Counted from the whole stretch's first letter, positions 1 to 13,370 are shown. The stretch: DNA of 57,028 nt, filler included, from Platydemus manokwari (GCA_037951405.1; 4 parts of 4 records of this genome joined end to end with filler, not necessarily neighbours in it), one strand, 5' to 3'. A program made the numbers and translations. Notes: generated by a model from the letters alone, not told the origin.

Positions 1-455
1 CAATTTCCAGACTGTCGATTGAATTGTGGAGTTTTAGTGAGAAATTTACTCCCAAGTATCTATAGTAATCTTCTACTTGCAGCTGAGGAATCTGTTGGTT
101 GTTGATTGTCAGGCTTTTGGTTGTCTCTTTTGATTTAATATTCCAAACATGTCCGCATTTGATGGGCTTAAATCGAATTCCCAGTTGTTCCACGATTGGC
201 AGCGATGAGTTTATTAAGTTTTGGCATTCTTGTACGCTCTTGGTGAGGATCGCGATGTCATCAGCGTAAGCTAGAGTTGAAATTCGGTGACTTGCTAGCA
301 TTATCCCAGCATTTTGCACATGTCCCATTTGAACTAAAACCGGATTTATTGCGACATTGAACAAAAGCATAGAGATAGGGCACCCCTCCCGAACTCCTCT
401 TCTGATGCCAATGAATTTGGTTGTGTATTCTTTACACTGGAACGCGGTTTGGTAG
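1..455 (-). mobile_element. Non-LTR retrotransposon reverse transcriptase fragment, open frame running off the window edge
   Basis: Manual minus-strand translation has no stops: ...TTKFIGIRRGVREGCPISMLLFNVAINPVL...STLAYADDIAIL...LGIRFKPIKCGH...YYRYLGV. These are LINE RT motifs in the correct order (YADD at 257-268). Not in the ORF track because the frame has no stop inside the window. Confidence 0.93.
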
Positions 456-461
456 TTGTTG

Positions 462-810
462 TGTTGGGATAGCACGCTACATAGAACAGTATATAAAAAC
501 TCCCTAAACTCCCTATAAATAAACTCCATACAGATATCATGCCCTACAATAAATCCCCCATAGAATTGATATATAAAAACTCCCTATATATCGCTAAATA
601 TACATTTCCGGTACTTAAAATATTTTCTGAGTGTGGACTGATCTGCTGCAAGCCATCAATAACAGTCAACAGTCAACAATACAATCTTCAACAATACAAT
701 CTCCGTCAACAGTATAGTCTCCAAAAAAACAATAAAACTGATTCACTTATAATACTTTTATGCTTTGCTTATAATAAACTGTAGTGTGTTTTGATATTGT
801 TTATAACGCT
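462..810 (+). mobile_element. LTR-like segment interrupting the RT (3' end uncertain)
   Basis: RT similarity stops near where TGTTGGG begins (462). The segment has a duplicated TATATAAAAACTCCCT, a duplicated CAACAATACAATCT and two AATAAA. No clear terminal CA or TSD. Confidence 0.35.
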
Positions 811-906
811 TTTATTGTCATTATTGTATTACGTCAAAAAGTGTATTTTAATATTCAATATTATGAATCAGTTTTTATCTTTTGTTTATGTAAAAAATAC
901 GGTAAA

Positions 907-1649
907 TAATAAGGATGCGGAGGAAGATAAAAATAAATAAATAATAAAATTAATCAATGATAAAAATAAAGTCAAATAAATAATAATTAATATGGAGTTG
1001 ACTATAATAAATAATAATAATAAATAGTAAAAAGCTTAGTAAAAGAGTAATAATAAACAGAATAAATATAATTATAAAGTACAATAAAATCATTAATTAT
1101 TCACACGAAACGTGTGGAAAAATCATCAAAAAATGATCGGCATGAAGAGCCGTACAAGTGGGTGGACACGATCAGCGAATATAAATAATGGCGCTGATCG
1201 TAATACCACTACCACAACTAACAACAGATAATCAATAGTCATAGTTGACGAACAAACGCTAGCAGTTAAACTATAATCAGTGACATCAATTACCGCGACG
1301 ATAATCGACACAAGGATTACCTATCACAATTCATCTTACGAAAGCTGGTGAAGAGAATCAATCACATTAAAGCGAAGCGGATCCAAAAGTTGACGACGAA
1401 ATTGAAGTTGGAGTAATCGAAAAACATTCGACCCGAGACTCGAAAAACTTCCACAGCAGAACAAATTATTATATTTCAAGAATCAGTGCCCCAGCGGACG
1501 TTCACACGTCAGTAGTAAGAATTAAGTTCTTGTGTTCGATTATCATTCGTTCATTTATTAATTAACTTTACTTAAATTTTAAATTCTGTAATAATAGTGA
1601 TAATCATTAATATATAAGCTATTAATATTTATTCTCCGCATCATTATTA
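907..1649. mobile_element. Element bounded by a 16-bp imperfect inverted repeat (solo LTR or MITE)
   Basis: TAATAAGGATGCGGAG (907-922) matches the reverse complement of CTCCGCATCATTATTA (1634-1649) at 15/16. The core is GC-richer than the flanks and has TATAAATA near 1180. Confidence 0.5.
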
Positions 1650-2988
1650 ATCTTCCATCCGACACCGGATTTCTCGTTAATCGCTGAGGCGAGGTACGAG
1701 GTATTTGCTCGAATTTTGTTGTTTATTTTTACTGATTAATTGTTAGTTTCATTTTTCCTCAATAAATATTTTAATAACCCAGAATTTGTTCTTGATTATA
1801 AATAATAGCTGGAAAATTTGAAATCTCATATCATTTTGTTTAGGCCCAGAAAGCCAACGCATTCTCTGTGCTTCAGCTTAACATATTAAATTCATTTTCC
1901 GACATCTTCGTCTTCAATACCAGGTGTTGAAGCCCCATAGGATCAGTGACTTTAGATTTCATCGCGCCAAGTAATTAAACAACATTCAAAAATCAAGACC
2001 CCACTCCAGTAACATTATCATTTTTTCATCCAATAATTCCAATGGAGGAAAATTATCAACAAATGTGACAGTGGTAACGCAAATTTCACAATAATTAAAA
2101 TATTCAGTGAGGTAATGACAAAAAATAATGCTATAGGATCGTAATTGTCATGAAATTATTATTATTTAATTATTTTTAGAAGGATCAACTTGGGAATAAG
2201 TATGATGCCATCATCCGCGGTAATTCAAACTCCAATAGCTTACATTGGAGTTGTTGAGGTTAAGAAGTTCGAAGTTGCAATAAAAGGAGAGATTATTTGA
2301 TATCCAAGATTGATGGCCGTTCTTGTCCCTCAACGTCATGTATATCTTCAATTCTCTTCATTTTGAATAGAGAATGATTGGCAAATTTCCTTTTAAAAAT
2401 TAGAGTGCCTAAAGCAGGTTTATGCATAAGATTGTTGAATGGATATATAATGTATATACAATGTTTCAGCAGCGACCATTAACAGAAAAGCATAAAATAT
2501 ATTTTGGATAGGTTAATAAGCGGAACAAAAAAGATCTTAAAATTGTATTAATCAAAATAAAATTTAAAATTAATTTAAGAATTTCTTTTTTATTCTTGAA
2601 GAACTCATTTTTTAGCAGGATGAGAAATGTCCCAGACATTAGCGATGATCATTAAAATATTGTTGCTGCTGCCAATTGAAAGCCAGATTAAGGTGGAGAC
2701 TTTTTGGTTGTATATTGATTAATATAAGTTATATTGGAGCCAAGTATTTATTATTCGTTGTTATTCAACAATATGTCCTAGCAAATTTAAATTTGGAATA
2801 TAGTTATTGGAGAGCTAACGACATTTTAACCAAATTAACTGTAAAGTCGATGTGTGAGGATTTTTATATGAATTAAATTTTCAAAGATTTCATTCAGATT
2901 TTATATAAATAATATCAATTTGTTTATATAATTGTATTTAAATAAATAATTTATTGCCGTGGATTTTCAATTCGTTTTTAATGCGTGC

Positions 2989-3027
2989 TTTATAGAAGAA
3001 TAGTGCCATTTTATAGAAGAATAGTGC
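2989..3027. repeat. Short tandem duplication (TTTATAGAAGAATAGTGC x2, period 21)
   Basis: Exact 18-mer at 2989-3006 and 3010-3027. Confidence 0.8.
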
Positions 3028-4399
3028 TTACATGAAGAATTTTCTAGAAGAAAGAAAAAAGAAAGAAAACAGATTTTCTGATTTTATTATATTGTTAAAA
3101 TCTTACATTAAAATCTTAAATTTCTGATAATCTAAGAATCGATAAGAGAATTGAGAAAATTGGAATTTATTATCGATCAACCTGCTACAGCAACAATATT
3201 AAAAAGTGACAATAAGAAGTTCGTAAATATTTTTATAACTATTATTAAAGCTACTGCAATACAAGAAATTACAATTAGCAGTGTGCTGCTTAATCCTTCG
3301 CGCACCATTCACGTTTAATAAATGGTGTGAAGGTGTAGATGTTTGTGTTTAGTTAGTTAATAGAATGGTGGAAATTCATAAAGATGGCTTTGTCTAATCG
3401 TAAATTAATAAATTAAATTACTAGATTGAATATCAAAAATAATTACTAGGGTTTGGAGAACGGAAATATGTAAGATGTAGCTTGTCAAAGCAGATTCCGC
3501 AAATCGTCTGCTGGTTTTTAATTTAAACTTGCTTCAGATAGAAAATTACCAAATATGTGTTGGGAATATCTCAAATTCAACAAAAATTTCTTCCAATAAA
3601 TATTACTTTCGGCAGATTTCTGCACTTTGAAGAAATATGCGTAGTTAAATATATGCTGGTTTATGTGCTGGTTTTTGTTCACAAACTTCTTGTGCAATAA
3701 TCTGACCAATCATATTAATTATATATGTTTTTTCTGTGTAGGTGGTCTTTGTTTGCTATTTCTTTATACTATTTGCATTGTTGTGTGTTACCATTATGCA
3801 TTTGCATTTGTTTGCTTTGTTCTTTATCCAATTGGACACAGATAATTTCTGTGCTAGTTTGATGTCTTTGTTCGTCCTTTATATTATTCGAACAAGAATT
3901 TATTTCCTCTTTATTTTGTTTCATAAATGCTTTATTTGTTTTGTTTAAACAAGGGCATAATTTTTGTTCTAAATTATATACTTTGGTGCTTTAGATTGAT
4001 TTTAATTTATCTTTTATTGAATTGCTCATAAGATCACTTGTACTATTTTGGAATATATTTACATGAAGATTATTCGAATTTACATGCAACCTAATAATCT
4101 GCTTAGTTGTCAGAATCATCAATTATCAGACTACTAATTACATACATTCAAATAAAAGAGCAAATCATCTATTATAAATTGTTTATTTGAGCTTAATTGT
4201 CACCAAATTAAATCACCTATAAATTCCAGCAATTATATGCCAATTAAACATTTTATTTTACCAATATTTTACGTCAGTTGAACATATCTGAATAAATATT
4301 TATTCTGAAGTCAATATATAAATGGGAATTTGGAGGAAAATTATGTTAAATAAAAAATTATCAAATAAAACAACACCTTACGAGTTCTTATCACATTTT

Positions 4400-4780
4400 T
4401 TGATAAAATATACCAAAGAGTACCTTTCAGGTAATGAGGCATCTTAAACGAACTATTTCACAATACTTGTCATGCTAACGTGTAGGAGAACTACTTAAAT
4501 GGAAGGCATTTGGTTCATGAACACATTTACATACTATTTTAGTGTTAAGCCATAAATAATTAATTCTCGAGTTTCCTGAAGTAATGAAAGCCGAAATCAG
4601 ATATTATCTTGGTGTTCACAGCATTTTTGTAAATCAATTCATTTTTAACATTCAATATTGAAAGCTTGTAAATTTCCATTGTGCCATTATCAATGATTTA
4701 TACAATTCAATATATAAATTCGCAGTGCCAACTCAATAGTTATCTTTTCTTTGTTAGGCTATATCCAATATATACTGAAT
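4400..4780 (-). mobile_element. Highly decayed LTR-retrotransposon integrase core (tentative)
   Basis: Short peptides IIDNGT, TKIISDFGFH and VLFG fall in the order expected for rve motifs, but with many stops and frameshifts. Confidence 0.3.
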
Positions 4781-6513
4781 AGTCATATTTGTAAATCAGT
4801 GTTAATCAATGAATGTAACAACAAGTTGTGAAAGCTTAGATTTAGAACTAGCTCTCAACTACCACTTGTAATAATTTTCCCTATATTTACCTTTATACTA
4901 ATTGCAGAAACTAAGAAGAACCAAACAGACCCAGTGACCGACACTCAATATATTAATTGTCGAAATTATTCTCAATGTCAATCAACGCTGGTTTAATGGA
5001 TCAAAATGTATTCAGCTCACATTTGCCATTGGTTGGTATGTCATTTGATTTATCATCACACAGATAAATGATTAGAATATAATCAAATAAATCTATTCCT
5101 GACTAAAATACAAGAAACAAATAATAAATAAATAATTCTGTGTATAATGTATTTAGTTTAAATGATTATAAATAGCAATAGGCTGTCTTTTTTATGTTGG
5201 TTATAAAGCAAAAATAATCGAAGTTATTAATAAAATAGATCAGAAATAATTGGATGAATTAATAATCAAAATAAAATTTCGATTTTTCATGATTATTTAT
5301 CATGCATAATTCTATCTGCATAGCAATATTATGGGAAACTATGGATTTTAAAATTTAAGGACAAATCAGCGTAGCAACACGCTAAATAACGATAGGAATT
5401 CACAAATGAACATAAAATCAATCATAACTCCAAAAACCAAAAAAACTATAAAAGAGCAAAAAACATAAGATAGTACTAATAATTTTCTAAGTGGTAATCC
5501 ATGTAAATTATCGTGAATTTGTCAATGTTACGAAATGAATTTTACATTATACAAAGAATCATATATTCTATTTCGATTTTAGTTGAATTTCAAGCTCATT
5601 GTGGTAAATTATTTATGTTTCATTGTCGTATAATTTGTAACAATTTCCTGCAGATTAGTTACAAATTTCTAAATCATTTTCCCACAAAAACCAATGGGAA
5701 TTTGTTGGAATCAAAAATCACACCCATTGCTTTACATCGAAATAGATTTTTATTTATCTTGAGGTCAGAACACAACTTGCTTTTAAAATATAATATTACA
5801 CATTTATTAATTTTTAATATAGGAATATATATATTTAGATGTTTAGATATCCATTCAATATTTAAGAATTAATTAATAGTCTAGTGAAAGCGAAAAACAT
5901 ACTTCAAATATGCTTTAATCGATTTTATTTTTTTTAATTTTACATAATTTTAACAGAAAATTATTAATAACTTTAAAAAAATTGTGCTATGGTTTGTTTA
6001 ACTACTTTCAACCATCTTAATAAATTAAAGAGAGAAATATTTTGAAATGAAATACTAGTTCAGTTCACAGAGAACTTTGTTCAAGTCGTAAATATGCAAA
6101 TTCCATTTATTAATTTCGACTTAGAATCGAAAATGCATTAATATTGGATAATAAATGTTCCACTCAAAGGACAAAAGAATTTGCAAAAACAATTTATTTA
6201 TCAAACAATGGTGATAGAAAGATTGAGTGCTGATTGATTCAGAGTAAATTTATGTTTCTGATCGACCCATGTACCACATAATGTGGCTGAAGTTTCCATA
6301 TTTGTTGTTTTGTTTAACTGATAAAATATATTAAAGTCAAACTATTCGATCCACAATCGAAGAATAAACCGCAAATCCGAGACTACTGAGAGTTTCATAG
6401 ATACATGAATTTTGAATTTCAAGCCATTATAAAAATGATGAGAATAAAAGAATTGAATATTCGCCAATAGGCTGAATTAACCAGGAAAAAGAAATGAATA
6501 ACGTTTAACATAC

Positions 6514-6862
6514 CAGTGGTTCTCAACCCCGAGGTTGTTACCCTAAATGGGTCACCGAATTATGGTAGTTGTACAAACCATCACATGTGAAAAATCGTGA
6601 TTTATCATGCTGCTGAATAAATAGTTTGCGATGCTAATTAAACTACTGTTAACTATTACCTAGACTACTACAGTTAGGTATTTTATAGGTAACGTTATTA
6701 TCTGAGAATCTTATTATTATAGGTTATTCATTACTTGTTGTAAATCAAAGAAATGTTGCAAAATGGTTTTATTAAATATGAGTTATAACTTATTTTTAGT
6801 AAAATTGATTTTCTTTGGGGTCGCCAAGATCTTAAAAATGATTCGCCATTGAAATGCCGCTG
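6514..6862. mobile_element. hAT-superfamily MITE (349 bp)
   Basis: Left TIR CAGTGGTTCTCAA, degenerate right TIR TTGAAATGCCGCTG, subterminal GGGTCAC/GGGGTCGC motifs. 8-bp TSD TAACATAC (6506-6513) / TAATATAC (6863-6870) matches 7/8. Confidence 0.85.
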
Positions 6863-7465
6863 TAATATACAATCATATAAGTCTTGAACTCAATTATATA
6901 AACTAGCCCATTGTAATTTTAAATCAAAACAACGAAACTATCAGCAGAAAAAATCGATGTTTGTTAAGCTATTTTTGTTAAAAATTAAATATTTATTTTC
7001 AACAATTTTTGTTGTTAGTTTTTTAATATTAGTTAGTAGCTTTTGGTTTTCAGTATATATTCCTAATGAAAATGTTGTACCAACATACAAAGTAATGACA
7101 GCCATAGCACAACTGTGAAAACATCTTAAAAAGCTTATATTATGGCTTACAAAAATTATTCTAATTTCATTTACATATTAATTTAAATTATTACGTTTTT
7201 ACAAAATCCAAATTTCATGATGCTTTTATATCAAATTTATAATTAAATCTTATCTTCCGAAAGAATATTCAATAAAACATGAATATAATTTACAAATAAA
7301 TAATTTAATCTCAAATAAAAAACGAATTTAATAAAGGTATCAAATAGTACATATATATATTATGACAATTCTATTCGTTCTCAAAAATAAAAATACAACA
7401 CGACATAATAACATTGAAATGACGAACAAATAACTACAACTATTAATTAAACCTCCACCAAAAAT

Positions 7466-9609
7466 TTAGTAATATCTCGATTGAGGATCTAAACAACAAA
7501 CTATTAAAAACCATGAGTTATAATCGGGTAAGCTTACAAAAACTGTCCCGATCACTAAAACCCCTGCCAGGTGCTGGCATTCCACGACTCATTTCTCTAT
7601 CCCTTCTATCGTATTCAATACTTAATGATTTGTTGTAAAATTCATCCCTCTAATTATATGAATTTGATAATCGTTTTCATTGATTAAGTGAAATATATAC
7701 CATTGGTATCATTGACAAAAATACGGAATGATTTCCCAGCCTATCTCTGTTCTTTGACATTGCATTATATGCTTCATCTTCATTTGCAAATTCAGCGTCG
7801 ACTTCACCTTCCGATGCACCACTCTATTTGTGTAGAGATGAATATTCAAACATAATAAATTGCCAATCATTTTTCTTTTCGTACCATAAATTTCATTATT
7901 ATATTCAATGGAACGAGTGGTCTGAAAAATCGAAAAACATCGTCCGGTCGTGTATTCACTGACACCCCTTTCATATTAATAATCACCGGATTACGACTAT
8001 AAAACCGCTGTGAATCTGGATATGGAACACCATCATCCATCGAACGTGGACCTCTAGACAGTGGTGGGGATTTGTCAAATCTTTTCATGTGCATTTCTAA
8101 TAAATCAACCAAATTTCATTTGTGTTCGAAAAACAAAGTCTAATGCACCAATTTACCATTAAATTCCATTTGTCGACGAATTTCATTATTTGCCTCCTCG
8201 ATATTGCTATCAAATACTTCAATGTACCTAATTATAATATCGGGTTTAATACCAATATATTCATAAACAAAATATAACAAAATATAATAAATGCTGTCCT
8301 ATCCTTCAATACAGTTAATTTTTTTATATATATTTTTTAATCCTTTACTCGTCCTGTGCTACTAAACCTATCACTCAAAATCCATCACTTAACTAATAAC
8401 CTAATATTTTTTTTCATTATTCTTTTTAAATCCTATGATTTTTTTTTAAATTTTGATAAAGTTATCCATTCCCATTCAAACCTGTGAGCAATTTTATTCC
8501 CATTCCGTTCCTTGGCAAGTTTTGCATCATGGTATGTTGCAAACTGAACAAAAGCATCTCCTAGCGCCTTTCCATTATGATCAACGAGAATACTCATTCC
8601 GTCCGGCAAAATTTTCAGTCCTAAACGTTTACCAAATAATATTAACAAATCTACACACAATTAACTAATTTCCGAAAATCGTCCAAATTAATGAAACAAA
8701 AATAAAAAGTAAAAAAAAATAAGATACGAAATTCTTGTTTTTTTTTTGAAATCTGAAGACTTTCACAACCAATACATTAATTTGTTTTTGATCCACTTGT
8801 TCCAACCCCATCTTCAGATGTTTTCGATTTTTGAATGCCATTCTTGATTCATAAAATACCATTTTCCATTCCAATATTTCTTAATTCGAATTATTTGTTC
8901 CGAATGATGTTAAAAATATTCTTTCCAAATAATAATTCCACATTCTCAACCCAATCCAGCAAATCCGTATAACGATATAAACCAATACCGTTAAAGTCTT
9001 TATCAAAATTCCAGTCGAGTGTTAATATTGGTAATGAAAAGAAGCAAAAATCTCCAGCTCCTGATTTCTTAAACTAAATAATACCTTGGAAGAATTCTTT
9101 AATATCTGTTTTTGATGCATTATAGGGTAATCCTTTAAGCCGTAAGACATAGTTCTCATTCATTCTTTCATGAACTGGACTCCTCGAACGTTCACGCCTG
9201 GGACGATCTCGTCCGTTTTCATTGAGATTAATCTGTTGATCTTTACACGCCTTAATCATATCAGATTTTGTTGATGTGAATACTTAAAACATAATGTGAA
9301 GATCTTTTAGAAACACTTAAATAAATACCCTCTATATATCTACGACCCATATGTTGATTATGTCTATCTTTAGCTTTGTTCAGATCCTCTTCTGTTTCCA
9401 ATTCTATAAAAGCTTCACCCCACTCTATATTTCGCTGACTTATAGGAAAATGAATCCCTCTTTTACTTCCCTTAATATTAATTCCTGGATAACATAAATA
9501 AACACATGCAGGTAGCTTAATCCAAAAGTTTACCAGGTAAAAATTCAATTATATCATCCATTGTAGTGCGATAAGGCATTCCTCTCAATTTTACCCAGTA
9601 TTCAGACAT
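7466..9609 (-). CDS. hnRNP F/H (GRSF1/glorund-like) family RNA-binding protein with three quasi-RRMs, ~369 aa, 9 exons
   Basis: Exons 9609-9534, 9484-9329, 9282-9085, 8620-8482, 8227-8157, 8096-7885, 7823-7701, 7649-7538, 7488-7466; all GT-AG and phase-consistent. qRRM motifs VKLRGMPY..GEAFIE..MGRRYIEVF and LRLKGLPY..GDAFVQF..IAHRYIEVF, plus a divergent third domain. The last exon is less certain. Confidence 0.92.
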
Positions 9610-12600
9610 CTTGGATACCACTAAACTTGTAATTTACGGTAAACAAATTAAATCAATTAAATATATTTAAACAAACTTTCGAACTAAGTTAAAGCAAATA
9701 GATAAAATTAATTATATATTTAAATAATTAAATTTTATATTTTATATTTCTATATTGCCTAATTAAAAAAAATTACAGTTTGGAATCAATGCTCTATGCT
9801 TCTTTCTTAACAAAGTTGTTATTTTAATCTAACCACTTTGAAATATCGTATAGGTCAATTTCAATCTAATATATCATTAAAATCACTAGTATAGTAGCCT
9901 TATTTAATAAAATATTTTCAGTTATTCAGCTTACTTACAAACTATGTTTGTGTATTTAGATTAAAATTTATTAAAAAAATATATCTTAACTTATTATTTA
10001 AATTAATAACTTTGAATAATTTACTGAATCCTCTAAGAATTTAAAATGTTTACAAGATTAATAAAGAAAAACTCATTTAGTTTGATAATTAGTTGAAAAT
10101 TATCAAGCAAGCTCCATTTAATACACGACTTAGGAAACTCAAATATGCTTTTGAGATCTGTCGTCAAAGATTCAATTTGTGCAGAAAATAAAAGAAAAAA
10201 TTCACTCTATAAGGTGGACGATTCCGCTGGTCAAACCAATTAAATTAAAATGATTCAAGAAATTGAGAGAGATCTACGATGATTTGAAAAAGATTTTGCT
10301 ATTTTTATGTATACAATATTGTAACAGTACACGAAATGTTATTTTCGTTATTCAAAAAAATTCATCTAATTATGTTATAAAATAAATAATTCTTGTTACT
10401 GAACATAATCCAAATTAAACATATTTTTTCGCAAAAATCGAATCATTTACACGTTTTTTAGGACAGACTTAATTTTTGGTAATTAATTATTATTTATTTT
10501 TTTGGATCAATTGACCACAGTTCAACATTATATCGCCGGCTTATTGCGTCATGTGTAATTCAACTTGTTTTTATCACACCTTACTATTTTGTGGGTGTCG
10601 CAAATGTATGTCTGCTTACCACCAGTGTTTTATCAGCACACAAGGTTGATGTTGCGCAATTTTCATTTACTTATTCATTTTATGAAGAGTTCTTCTCAAA
10701 TATTTCTTCTCTATCTAATTAGATGGAAAAGAATTTTATTTAAAACACATAAATACAAATAAACAAGAATTAATATATAAATTATTAGCTTTCTTGGTGC
10801 ATGTTATACAAAGTTATTTTCCCATTTTACTCTAATGACTTTTTATGAACTGGTCACCATAGATGGTTAATTGTATTTTCAGGAATTCTTAAATCATTAA
10901 AAGTGCTTTAAACTCAATATAATTGTATCATGATAATATCAGCAAAGTTATCGATAAAAACTAATATTACACAAATAGATTACATCATCAATTGTTAATC
11001 GAATTTGGGTGTACTGCGTTTCTACGAAATCTTAAAAGTTGAGATAAGCAATGCTCAAATTCGATATTTATCTTATTATTGATAAAACCCGCCAATTTGA
11101 AAATAAAATTAATAAAACAATTAATTAAATCATATTAAATTAAATTTCAATCGTGATCCCTATTGGACATTTTAAAAAGTTCTGATTCACGAAATCGTCC
11201 CAAGATCAAAATCTGTAATAATTGATCTTGTGATGTTTATCTTGAATAAAAATATAAATAACTAATTTATAAATTAAACCTTATCTTGAATAATAGACTT
11301 CAATGTGAAATCAATGATTTAAGGTGTTTTATAGTTCAAGTAGAATATCTGACTAAATATTTAAGTATTCAAAAAATAGTTCATAAATTATTTGTGGAAA
11401 TTTTTACTTTAAATGCCGGTGACCACGGAAACCAATTAAAAATATAATTCAAGTAAATTTCAATATTTTAAATATTCAAAAATATGAAGAAAATAATGAA
11501 GCATATACAGTGAACAAATAGTGATATATTTAAGTTATTTATTGTTTACAATGTTTTACCCTGATGTTTTGATAGTCCATCAATCATAATCATTTGAAAA
11601 TCACATTATTGGAACAAGCACATGAAATCAATTAATAAATCAATTAATAGATAATCAATATAGGCACAAAATAAATTATTGTAATCCATTAAAACAACTA
11701 ATTAAGTAAATTTAAAATCAATTAAAGACCGTCTGAAAACTGAGTGACGAACGTAAGCAAATAAACACAAAAGAAATTACTTGTCAAAAAATAATTTAGT
11801 GAAATGAATTACTTCGCAATTAAAATCACACAGTTATGTTTTGAAAATAATTTGCAGTAAATTTGAAAACGGAAACCGTCATTAGAAAATGCCTTTAGCA
11901 ACCAATAATATCGGCATAATACTGCGCTGAAAATAAATAATAAACCAGCCAACGGGAAGTGGGAATTACGGAAAGAACGAGATATACATTCAAGGATTTG
12001 ATTAAAATCTATAATTTCTTGCACTAGATTGATTCCAATTAATTATTTTCCGAACAATAATTCTCAGTAATTAAACAAGTATATTCTTCATAAAAGAATG
12101 ATTATCACTGGTTGAAGAAGGAAAAATTTATTTAACCTGAATAGTAGTTTTTTAAAATAGTTGTAAAATAAGACAAATATTTCTCTCATTTTTATTTTAA
12201 ACGGAATTAGAAGAACATGCAAACCAATTTTTTTGATTTTACAAATTCTGTACGATGAACATTTATTAATTTTTTGAAAACAAAAATTAAAGGATAGGTT
12301 TTGCAAAAATTGTCCTCTTTCTGACTTAAATTGCCATACTACTTTTACAGATATGTTTTTCACTATCATCAGCTACCCATTACAAATATTCGTGAGCTAA
12401 CGTAAAGCGAAAAAGAAGGCTTCAAATGAGGAAATCTCGAATCAGAATGTCAGAAAAATCAATCCTAATAATTCAATTTAAAAGCCGATGTGAGGACTTG
12501 TGCGACCCCGTAGTGGAGACTGTTATGTTTATCTATAATAAATCTTAGTATTTTTACGATACTTCTCTCTTGTAAATTTACCCAAAAACACAACTTTTAT

Positions 12601-13343
12601 TAATCATAATTATGTTTTATTACATGAAGGTTATTAAAAAAATTTCATTGAGATCTGAATTCTTATTAACATTAATGATTTAAAACACATAAACTATTAG
12701 CTGCTAGGAATCAACTATTCGATAGGAATTACTCAACACATATCTACTTAGCATCCTACTAGCATTATACCAAACAATCGATAGTTGATACATAATAATA
12801 AACCCACCAGCTAAATACCCATCTATACCATTTTGAACATGAATAACTCAATCATGAAGACATTATCGATCTGTCATGTGAAACACGAAGCCCATACCTT
12901 AGTCAGTGTTAATTTACTGAGATCAGATATTATTTATCATTTATCGAATGAACCTTGATTAAAAAAATAAATAAATTCATATTTCAATGTACAACTAAAT
13001 TATCTATCAACTGTATCAATATATATATTTTTTATCAGTTCTACGTGTGATTGTACAAACACAGATCTACATTGAGACCAACATAATTAATGAAATAAAA
13101 AACCAAAAATAAAAAAATAAATTAAAACATTATATTTCAGTTTAAAACACTTTGTTTTACAGAAAACTTGTTTCAATTCACTACAATTCAACAAATCAGT
13201 GGATATATTTTTCATATATTTTTCAATATTCAAGAATTAAATACATGGTTAATGGGAAACATAGGCATGTACATGAATATTCAAAGGAAAATCTGTCACA
13301 CATCAACATAATACATACAGTAAATGGATCGATATGTGAGATA

Positions 13344-13370
13344 TATGTATGTATGTATGTATGTATGTAT
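13344..13370. repeat. (TATG)n microsatellite just downstream of the UAP1 stop
   Basis: About 6.75 perfect TATG units. Confidence 0.9.

Noticed and set aside
2120-2215. Minus-strand IILIPK...DNYDPIAL resembling the LINE RT N-terminal motif
   Set aside because: Interrupted by stops with no further RT motifs downstream; could be chance.
2676-5872. Short F/I/L/N/K-rich ORFs in the ORF track here and in other intergenic regions
   Set aside because: Composition is as expected from random AT-rich DNA; no domains or exon chains.
11418-11525. Patchy similarity to 56605-56660 (GGTGA.CACGGAA, ACAGTGAACA)
   Set aside because: Matches are short and differently spaced; cannot define a repeat family by eye.
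12345-12380. Minus-strand CTGATGA-TAGT-GAAA resembling a minimal hammerhead core
   Set aside because: No stem I or III pairing and no properly placed NUH site.
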